From assembly GCF_000737315.1 (NCBI RefSeq), contig NZ_JMCB01000001.1, positions 744,001 to 808,000 of the forward strand: a DNA stretch of 64,000 bases, given 5' to 3'. This document shows positions 1-7,184 of this stretch, piece after piece. A program made the position numbers and the translations under genes. Each line of letters begins with the position of its first letter. Position 1 is the first letter of the stretch. The notes beneath the pieces are model-generated. The model saw nothing but the letters and a program-made list of their open reading frames with translations, made no database searches and had not been told where the DNA came from. Source of the stretch: Hyalangium minutum. Its GTDB lineage: Bacteria > Myxococcota > Myxococcia > Myxococcales > Myxococcaceae.

Positions 1-876
1 CAGCATCCCCTTCTCCACCATCTTCTGGAGGAAGTCCGGGGTGGCGAACGTGTCACGGCGCTCATCGTGGGCGAGCGTGTCGTAACAGTTCTTCGCCACG
101 TGGATGAAGGTGTCCAAGCCGACGATGTCCGCAGTGCGGAACACGGCAGACTTGGGGCGGCCCATGGCGGGGCCAAAGATCTTGTCCACCTCCTCCACCG
201 TCATCTCCGCCTCGCGCATGGCGGAGATGGTCCGCATCATCCCGTACACGCCGATGCGGTTGGCGATGAAGTTCGTGGTGTCCTTGCCGTAGACGATGCC
301 CTTGCCGAGCACCTCCTCGCCAAAGCGGTGGATGGTGCGCACCACCTCGGGATCCGTCTCCTTGCCGGCCACCAGCTCCAGCAGCTTCATGTAGCGCACG
401 GGGTTGAAGAAGTGCGTCACCAGGAAGTTCTTGCGGAAGTCCTCACCGCGCCCCTGGAGCATCCCCGCGATGGAGAGACCCGAGGTGTTGGAGCTGATGA
501 TGGCGCCCTTGCGCGCGTGCTGCTCCACCTTGGCGAACAGGGCCTGCTTGACGGCCATGTCCTCCTTCACCACCTCGATGACCCAGTCGCACTCGGCGAT
601 GCGGGCCATGTCATCCTCGAAGTTGCCCACCTCGATGGCGGTGAACACCTGCTCGGAGACGATGGGGCTGGGGCGCTGCTTGCGCATGTTGGCCAGGGCG
701 CCCAGCACGAACTTGTTGCGGAAGGCCTTGGAGGAGGTGTCCTCGCCCGGTGCCGCCTTGGGGGGGACGATGTCCAGCAGGAGCGCGCGCACGCCCGAAT
801 TGGCCAGGTGCGCGGCAATACCACTGCCCATCACGCCAGCGCCCAGGACTGCCACTTTGCGGATCCGCGTCGTCAT
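1..876 (-). CDS. 3-hydroxyacyl-CoA dehydrogenase / fatty-acid oxidation protein, N-terminal part (runs off the window edge)
   Basis: Not in the ORF track. Manual translation from ATG at 876 gives MTTRIRKVAVLGAGVMGSGIAAHLANSG (Rossmann GxGxxG), later WVIEVVKE, SSNTSG and HFFNPVRYMKLLE. SD-like GGGAG upstream. Confidence 0.9.
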   Translation of the reverse strand, partial: MTTRIRKVAVLGAGVMGSGIAAHLANSGVRALLLDIVPPKAAPGEDTSSKAFRNKFVLGALANMRKQRPSPIVSEQVFTAIEVGNFEDDMARIAECDWVIEVVKEDMAVKQALFAKVEQHARKGAIISSNTSGLSIAGMLQGRGEDFRKNFLVTHFFNPVRYMKLLELVAGKETDPEVVRTIHRFGEEVLGKGIVYGKDTTNFIANRIGVYGMMRTISAMREAEMTVEEVDKIFGPAMGRPKSAVFRTADIVGLDTFIHVAKNCYDTLAHDERRDTFATPDFLQKMVEKGML

Positions 877-922
877 CAAAAAAGCTCCCTTATTGGGATG
901 AGGGGACTGCACAAATGTCGTC

Positions 923-942
923 GATTGACCCGAAAGTCAATC
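923..942. promoter_or_regulatory. Perfect inverted repeat GATTGAC-N6-GTCAATC, candidate operator between divergent genes
   Basis: Seen directly in the 113-bp divergent intergenic region. Confidence 0.45.
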
Positions 943-989
943 TGACTGTCTCGCCAGGGGGTGCCCCTTGCGACTACAACCCCCTGGCC

Positions 990-2744
990 ATGCCCCGCCT
1001 CGATCCCCACTCGTACAACGACAGCACGCAGCCCGAGACCGAATCCCTTGACTGGAAGGCCCGAGTGGACTTCCGGACGCGCAGGCTGCACGCGGAGGTC
1101 ACCCTCACCCTCAAGGAGCCGTCCGCCGGTCCGTTGGACCTGGACACCCGGGAACTCGACATCCGTGCAGTGGTGGACGATCAGGGAAAACCCCTGCCGT
1201 TCCACCTGGCCCCCCCGGAGCCCATCCTGGGCAGCCGGCTGCGGATTCAGCTCCCGAAAGGCCTGCGCCAGCTGACGGTGCGCTATCGCACCTCGCCCCA
1301 GGCCAGCGCGCTCCAGTGGCTGACGCCCTCGCAGACGGCGGGGGGCCAGCACCCGTTCCTCTTCAGCCAGTGCCAGGCCATCCACGCCCGTTCCGTGATT
1401 CCCCTGCAGGACACCCCGCGCATCCGCATCCGCTACAAGGCGGCGCTGACGATTCCCAAGGCGCTCAAGGCGGTGATGGCAGCGGGCTTCGTGCGCCGCG
1501 AGGAGCCCAGCGTGGAGGCGGTGGAGCACTACGAGATGCCCCAGCCGATTCCGCCGTACCTGCTGGCGTTCGCGGTGGGGAGCCTGGCGGCCAAGGAGCT
1601 GGGTCCGCGCTCGCGCGTGTGGGCCGAGCCCGAGCTGCTGGAGGCCGCCGCCTCCGAGTTCGAGGACGTGGACGCCATGCTGCGCATGGCCGAGTCCCTC
1701 TTCGGGCCGTATGACTGGGAGCGGTTCGACTTGCTCACCATGCCTCCCTCGTTCCCGTACGGCGGCATGGAGAACCCGCGGCTGACGTTCCTCACGCCCA
1801 CGCTGCTGGCCGGGGACAAGAGCCTGGTGAATGTGGTGGCGCACGAGCTGGCGCACTCGTGGACGGGCAACCTGGTGACCAACGCCTCCGCCGAGCACTT
1901 CTGGCTCAACGAGAGCTTCACGGTGTTCGCCGAGCGGCGCATCCTCGAGGCGCTGGAGGGCCAGGAGGAGGCCACGCTGCACGCCGCGTTGGGTCGGCGC
2001 TCGCTGGAGACGGCGATCGAGCACTTCAAGGCGCACCCGCAGCACACGGTGCTGCGCACCCACCTGGCGGGCATTGATCCGGACGATGTCTTCTCTCAGG
2101 TGCCCTACGAGAAGGGCTACCTCATGCTCTGCGCCATGGAGCAGGCGGTGGGGCGCCCGGCCTTCGATGGGTACCTGAAGCGCTACATCGACACGTTCCG
2201 CTTCCAGGCGTTGACCACGGAGGACTGGGTGGCCTTCACGGAGCGCGAGCTGCCCGGAGTGCTGGCCAAGGTGAGCGCGGACGCGTACCTGCACCAGCCG
2301 GGGATTCCCTCGGCGGCGCCCTCGGCGCGCTCGGGCAAGCTGGAGGAGATCCAGCGGCTCAAGGGCACCGTGCCCTCACCGGACGCGGTGAAGGACTGGA
2401 CGCCCACCGAGTGGCAGCTCTTCCTGGAGTGGCTGCCGGTGAACTTCTCGCGCGACAACATCCGCGCGCTGGACGAGCGGTTCCGGTTCACGAACAGCAC
2501 CAACTCGGAGGTGCTGGTGTCGTGGCTGGTGGCGGCGCTGCGGGCCCACTACCCGCCCGCGCTGGAGCGCACGGAGACGTTCCTAGGCGAGGTGGGGCGC
2601 ATGAAGTACCTCAAGCCCCTCTACAGCGCGCTCCACTCCTCCAGGGAATACCGGGGCAAGGCGAAGGAGATCTTCCAGAAGTACGCCGATCGCTACCACC
2701 CCATCGCGAAGCAGGGCATCGAGGGCATCCTCAGCCGGGCATGA
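990..2744 (+). CDS. M1 family aminopeptidase (leukotriene-A4 hydrolase-like)
   Basis: GGMEN exopeptidase motif, HELAH-x18-E zinc motif, VPYEKG and a C-terminal LTA4H-like domain. Start chosen at MPRLDPHSY. Confidence 0.92.
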   Translation: MPRLDPHSYNDSTQPETESLDWKARVDFRTRRLHAEVTLTLKEPSAGPLDLDTRELDIRAVVDDQGKPLPFHLAPPEPILGSRLRIQLPKGLRQLTVRYRTSPQASALQWLTPSQTAGGQHPFLFSQCQAIHARSVIPLQDTPRIRIRYKAALTIPKALKAVMAAGFVRREEPSVEAVEHYEMPQPIPPYLLAFAVGSLAAKELGPRSRVWAEPELLEAAASEFEDVDAMLRMAESLFGPYDWERFDLLTMPPSFPYGGMENPRLTFLTPTLLAGDKSLVNVVAHELAHSWTGNLVTNASAEHFWLNESFTVFAERRILEALEGQEEATLHAALGRRSLETAIEHFKAHPQHTVLRTHLAGIDPDDVFSQVPYEKGYLMLCAMEQAVGRPAFDGYLKRYIDTFRFQALTTEDWVAFTERELPGVLAKVSADAYLHQPGIPSAAPSARSGKLEEIQRLKGTVPSPDAVKDWTPTEWQLFLEWLPVNFSRDNIRALDERFRFTNSTNSEVLVSWLVAALRAHYPPALERTETFLGEVGRMKYLKPLYSALHSSREYRGKAKEIFQKYADRYHPIAKQGIEGILSRA

Positions 2745-3086
2745 GCGATCATCCTCCCCCTGGCCACGGCTCAAGGCCGTTGTTAATGTGTCTCCCGACG
2801 CGCCACCCGCGTCGACCATGATCGCCTCCGTCTGACACATCCGCTCCTTGCAGCGGCTCTTCCCAACGAGCTGGACCACCCAGGTGGCCCGGCTCCTCGG
2901 AGCCGTGACGAGCGAGCAGCCACGCCCGTGACCCTCCGGTTCCCGTGAGGGCCTCCGGAGTGCGCATGCGAGACGAAGCGGATCCTCCCCGCGAGCGATC
3001 ATGGACCCCAGGCCTGCCGCCTGGCGGCTGCTGCTCACGCTCGCCCATCCACCGACCGAAACCTTCGAGCTGATGGAGAGCCTTTT

Positions 3087-3578
3087 ATGAGTCCAGAGAC
3101 CGCGTTCCAGATCATCAACCTGGGTGTTCTTCCCTTCTGGCTGCTGCTGCTGTTCGCCCCCCGCTGGAAATGGACGCAGAAGATCGTCCAATCCGTGCTG
3201 ATCGTCGCAGCCCTCGGGCTGATCCACTTCCTCACGGTGCTCAAAGCGGACTTCCCCGAGGGCACCAGCGGCATGAGCCTCCGCGCCGCCATGCTCATGT
3301 TCGATGAGCCCTGGGGCATGGTGGCGTGCTGGGCGCACTACCTCGCGTTCGATCTATTCGTCGGCGCGTGGCTCGTGCGGGATGCCATCCGGCGGAACAT
3401 TCCCCACCTGGCGGTTGTCCCCTGCCTGGTGCTGACGAACATGCTCGGCCCCACGGGCTTCCTGGCGTACCTGATCCTGCGCGCCGTCCTGCGTAGGACG
3501 CTCACCTTCCAGGAAGAGGCCCCCTCGGGCCGGGTCCCCGCTCCCCAGCAGCATCTGGGCGATCGGGTGACCGCGTAA
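3087..3578 (+). CDS. ABA4-like (DUF4281) membrane protein
   Basis: About 4 hydrophobic segments, PFWLLLLFAPRW and WAHYLAFDLFVG motifs, GGAG SD upstream. Confidence 0.75.
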   Translation: MSPETAFQIINLGVLPFWLLLLFAPRWKWTQKIVQSVLIVAALGLIHFLTVLKADFPEGTSGMSLRAAMLMFDEPWGMVACWAHYLAFDLFVGAWLVRDAIRRNIPHLAVVPCLVLTNMLGPTGFLAYLILRAVLRRTLTFQEEAPSGRVPAPQQHLGDRVTA

Positions 3579-3638
3579 CCGGCACTGCGCGTGGGGCGGA
3601 TCGAAGCGGGTCCGCCCCACCCCGCGGCGTGCCTGGGC

Positions 3639-4502
3639 TCAGCGGGAGACGGCGTCCAGGCGCTTCTTCGTGAGCTCCAGGTACTTCGGATCCAGGTCGA
3701 TGCCCGTGTAGCGGCGGCCCAGCTTCAGCGCGGCCACTCCCGAGGTGCCGCTGCCGTTGAACGGGTCCAGGATGGCCGCGTCCTCGGGCGTGCTCGCCTC
3801 GATGATGCGCTCCAGCAGCGCCACCGGCTTCTGCGTCGGGTGGCTGCCGAAGGCCTTCTCCTCGCGGCGCGGCGCAATCTGCGTCCACATGCGCCCGGAG
3901 CCATCCGCCGTCAGCTCCTCCTCGCCCGTGCGCGGCAGGTTCCACACGTCGCGCATCTGCTTGCCGCCGTTCTCCGCCTTCATCCGCGCGTAGTTGAACG
4001 TGTGCTGCAGCGTCTTCGTCTGCTTCGGCGACGCCCAGATGAGCAGCTCGGTGGAGTGCGTGAAGTACCGGCACGACAGGTTCGGGCTGGCGTTCGGCTT
4101 GTACCAGGTCACCGTGTTGAGCAGCTTGTAGCCCAGCTTCTGCATCGCGAAGCCGACGTTGAAGATGACGTGCTGGGTGCCGCTCACCCAGATCGTCCCG
4201 GTGGGCTTGAGCAAGCGCTGGCAGGACTTCAGCCACTCCATCGTGAAGGCGTGGTCCTCCTCCACCCCGCGCGACACATCCCACGCGCCCTTCTGCACCG
4301 AGGCGCGCTTGCCGCTCTTGCAGGTGAAGCCCCCGTTGGACAGGAAGTACGGCGGATCCGCGAAGATCAGATCGAACTGCTGCTCCGGGAACTGATTCAT
4401 CAACTCCACGCTGTCACCCTGATACAGCCGGTACGCCTCGCCCTTGGCAAAGGGAACCAGGGAGCGCTCGGCAATCTTCAGGGCAGTGGCTTCCGCGGAC
4501 AT
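3639..4502 (-). CDS. Orphan beta-class N6-adenine/N4-cytosine DNA methyltransferase, DpnA (M2.DpnII)-like
   Basis: IFADPPYFLSNGG, PNLSCRYFTHSTE, GKQMRDVW, HPTQKP and DPFNGSGT. DPPY precedes FxGxG. No endonuclease is adjacent. Confidence 0.88.
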   Translation of the reverse strand: MSAEATALKIAERSLVPFAKGEAYRLYQGDSVELMNQFPEQQFDLIFADPPYFLSNGGFTCKSGKRASVQKGAWDVSRGVEEDHAFTMEWLKSCQRLLKPTGTIWVSGTQHVIFNVGFAMQKLGYKLLNTVTWYKPNASPNLSCRYFTHSTELLIWASPKQTKTLQHTFNYARMKAENGGKQMRDVWNLPRTGEEELTADGSGRMWTQIAPRREEKAFGSHPTQKPVALLERIIEASTPEDAAILDPFNGSGTSGVAALKLGRRYTGIDLDPKYLELTKKRLDAVSR

Positions 4503-4550
4503 CTCGCCTCCGTGAACGTCGTTGAACGTGGCGCAATGTGCGGCGACTTG

Positions 4551-4582
4551 AGTGCTACGTCCAAATTTCGATCTGTAGCACT
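4551..4582. promoter_or_regulatory. Inverted repeat AGTGCTAC-N16-GTAGCACT enclosing a GATC, upstream of the methyltransferase
   Basis: Seen directly. Perfect 8-bp arms, with GATC at 4570-4573. Confidence 0.45.
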
Positions 4583-4688
4583 TGAAAACTTGACCGCTGA
4601 AACGCCGCGAGCAGGGCGGGAGAGCTTCCGAAGAAGCGCTCCGTCACCCTGCTCGACGGGGACTGATCAGGCTGTGATCAACAGAGAG

Positions 4689-5006
4689 CTAGGCCTTGGC
4701 CTCGCCCTTCTTGCCCTTCTTGCCAGCGCCCTCGGCCGGAGCGGCGGCAGCGCCCTCGCCACCCGCAGCGGCGGCAGCGGCAGCAGCCTCCTTCTCCTTG
4801 GCGGCGTTGGTGGCGGCGTACTTCTTCCGGAAGCGGTCGACGCGGCCCGCCGTGTCGAGCAGCTTGTACTTGCCGGTGAAGAAGGGGTGGCAGTTGGAGC
4901 AGATTTCCACGGCGAACGAGCCGCGCGTGGACTTCGTCTCAACGATATTGCCGCACGCGCAGGTGATGCGGGCGGGGGGATAGACCGGGTGAGTCTCTGC
5001 CTTCAT
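4689..5006 (-). CDS. rpmE: 50S ribosomal protein L31 (zinc-binding type) with an Ala/Lys-rich C-terminal tail
   Basis: [29 protein letters not shown] and [20 protein letters not shown] before ATG 5006. Confidence 0.95.
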   Translation of the reverse strand: MKAETHPVYPPARITCACGNIVETKSTRGSFAVEICSNCHPFFTGKYKLLDTAGRVDRFRKKYAATNAAKEKEAAAAAAAAGGEGAAAAPAEGAGKKGKKGEAKA

Positions 5007-5073
5007 GGTGACTTCTCCTACGCCTTGCCCCTCCCACCCTTGGGAGGAGGTCTGGCGATTGGGGTGGCCGGCG

Positions 5074-5102
5074 CTTATAACGGCGCGCCGGGTGCTACAC
5101 AA
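5074..5102 (-). promoter_or_regulatory. sigma70-type promoter of rpmE (TTGTGT-17-TATAAG)
   Basis: Read on the minus strand with 17-nt spacing. Confidence 0.6.
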
Positions 5103-5114
5103 GCCCGCCCACGC

Positions 5115-6230
5115 TTAGTGGCCGTGGCCGTCATGCCCCCCTCCTGGGGGCTCCAGCTTTTCCACCAGCTTCTGGACGGTAGGGTCGGAGGGTACATCCG
5201 TCCCCAGCTGCAGGTACGAGAGTAGATGCGTCCGGGCCGTTCCCGTTGCGCCCGCCTTCACCTGCTTCTGCAAGGCTACCCGCCTGGACTCGAAGGTAGC
5301 GACCGTCTCCTCGAGTGCCTTCTTGGCGGCCGGATCCTTTGTGGTGGCCAGGCGCTCCTTGGCCCGAGACAGGTTGGCCTCGATGTTCTTGAGGCTCTGC
5401 TCGGCCTGTCCTGCCGTGGCCAGGTCCACGAAGGCGCCCGGACCATTCACGGACAGCTCCAGGCGAGCGAGCTGGCGTCCCCGCTCTCCCGGCGGGATCA
5501 GCGTGGCCAGGCCATCCTTGGCGGCAATGCCTGGGGGACGGCCCTCGTGGGACTGGATCACGAAGTCCACGCCCTCGCCCTGCTGGGCCAGCCGCCGTGC
5601 GAGATCGTACGGTACCGCGGCGAGCACCACCACCACGTCCACCTTGTCCTTCTCGCGCAGGCGCTTGGCCTCGGCCAGCACGGCGGGAATGACGGGCTTG
5701 CCCTCGGCCCCGGGCAGAACGCCCTCGGGAGAGGCTCCCACCACGCCGAGCTTCAGCTCCCCAGCGGTGAGCACCGTGGAGGCCGGGAACGGCGCCTTGC
5801 CCTGCTTGTCCACGAGGTTCACGGACAGGACCTTCATCTTCGCGCCCTTCGCGGCGCCCTTGAGGAAGTCCAGCCCGAGCGTCAGGTCGCGCGCGCCCAC
5901 GGCCATGGCCGAAGTGCCCTGCGCGTCCATCTGCTTCAGGATGAGCTCCGCGCGAGCCTTCTCGTTCGCCTCCCCGCTGCTGGTGGGGAACTTGAAGAGC
6001 GCGTTGCCCGCATCCAGGACGAGCTGCGGCATCCCGCGTCCCCGCTCCTGGTCGATCATCATCTTTCGTCTGGCCAGACCGCCAGACGGGTTGTGGATTC
6101 AACCACAGGGGGCGATTTCGCCCCCGTTGTCTCCCGTGAACAACAGGGCCAGCTTCTTGGGCGCCGCGCCGGCCACGAAAGGCACCAGCAGCAGCGCGAG
6201 GGCGGCCAGAGCCACCTGTCGCAGTCTCAT
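5115..6230 (-). CDS. Secreted UshA/5'-nucleotidase-fold protein with an in-frame TGA at codon 44 (candidate selenoprotein, 371 aa)
   Basis: ATG 6230 gives a signal peptide, then LALLFTGDNGGEIAPCG-TGA(6099-6101)-IHNPSGGLARRK, in frame with ORF 5115..6062. ATGA overlap with the upstream stop. SECIS-like hairpin follows the TGA. Confidence 0.85.
6067..6088 (-). promoter_or_regulatory. Bacterial SECIS-like hairpin CGUCUGGC-GGUCUG-GCCAGACG
   Basis: Perfect 8-bp stem starting 10 nt after the UGA. The loop starts with G, 18 nt after the UGA. Confidence 0.75.
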
Positions 6231-7111
6231 TTGCTCCCCTTCTTCGGCGCCGCCGGAGCAGGTGCGGGTTTCGGCGCGGGCTTCTTCGCCTTGTCCAGCT
6301 CCGCCAGCTTCGTCTTCGCCGTCTTCGCCGCGTCCGACTTGGGGAAGGCCTTCACCAGTTCCTCCAGCGCCAGCCGCGACTCCTCCGTCATCTTCAGCTT
6401 GCCGAAGCAGTCCGAGGAGCGCAGGTACGCCTCCGGAGCCGACGGCGTCTTCGCGAAGTCCTGGATGACCTTGCCGTACTCGAAGAGCGCCTCGCGGCAC
6501 TTGTTCTCCGTGTAGTACGTCTCGCCCATCCCGAAGTGCGCCTCGCCCATGAGCGGGTCCTTGGCCCACTTCTTCATCCACTCTGAGTAGAGCTGACGCG
6601 CCAGGGCCAGTTCCCCGGCCTTGGCCTTCTCCTGCGCCATCGCGAGGAACTCCTTCTTGTCCTCCGGGCGCTTGAGGGCCTCGGCCTGCTTCTTCGCCTC
6701 GGCCTCCTTCTGCGCGTCCGCGCCCTGCTGGGCCAGCTGCTTCTTCTCCGCGTCGGACAGGAGCTTGCCGAGCCCCGCCTCCAGCTCGCCAATCTTGTAG
6801 AGGTACGTCTCCACCTGCCCGCGCAGGTTGGCCAGGTCCTCCACCGTCTTCTGCAGCTGGATGCCGATGTCCGCGGTATTGCGCCGCGAGCCCTTCTCCA
6901 GGCTCTCCAGCGCCTGGGTCACCTCGGCGACCTTCTCGTCGATGCGCGGCAGCGTGGCATCGAGCTGGGCGCGGGCCTGCTTCAGTTCCTCGGCCATGCG
7001 CGCGTTGTCTGCGCTGAGCTTGTCGACCTTTGCCTCGAGCGTGCGGCCCCGGCTGGCCGGATAGAAGCAGCCCGAGAGGGCGAGCAGGGCTAGCAATGCG
7101 AGCCGTCTCAT
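6227..7111 (-). CDS. CpoB/YbgF-like lipoprotein (coiled coil plus TPR)
   Basis: Lipobox LALSG-C, a long coiled coil, C-terminal TPRs (EAHFGMGETYY, APEAYLRSSDCF) and a Lys/Pro tail. Confidence 0.75.
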   Translation of the reverse strand: MRRLALLALLALSGCFYPASRGRTLEAKVDKLSADNARMAEELKQARAQLDATLPRIDEKVAEVTQALESLEKGSRRNTADIGIQLQKTVEDLANLRGQVETYLYKIGELEAGLGKLLSDAEKKQLAQQGADAQKEAEAKKQAEALKRPEDKKEFLAMAQEKAKAGELALARQLYSEWMKKWAKDPLMGEAHFGMGETYYTENKCREALFEYGKVIQDFAKTPSAPEAYLRSSDCFGKLKMTEESRLALEELVKAFPKSDAAKTAKTKLAELDKAKKPAPKPAPAPAAPKKGSK

Positions 7112-7184
7112 AAGGGGGCGTATCTTAAGACCAAATCCCTCGCGCGTCCGAGCCTTCTCGCACGCCCTGTTGGCCACCGAGCCT

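Noticed and set aside
4551-4582. CIRCE element
   Set aside because: The half-site order is reversed, the spacer is 16 rather than 9, and there is no chaperone gene nearby.
5115-6581. Treating ORFs 6099..6581 and 5115..6062 as two genes or as a pseudogene
   Set aside because: The ORFs are in the same frame, and the family motif runs across the TGA (PCG*...GGLARR). The stop falls exactly at a CxC/CxU position and is followed by a SECIS-like hairpin. The upstream part of 6099..6581 is a shadow of the cpoB-like gene.
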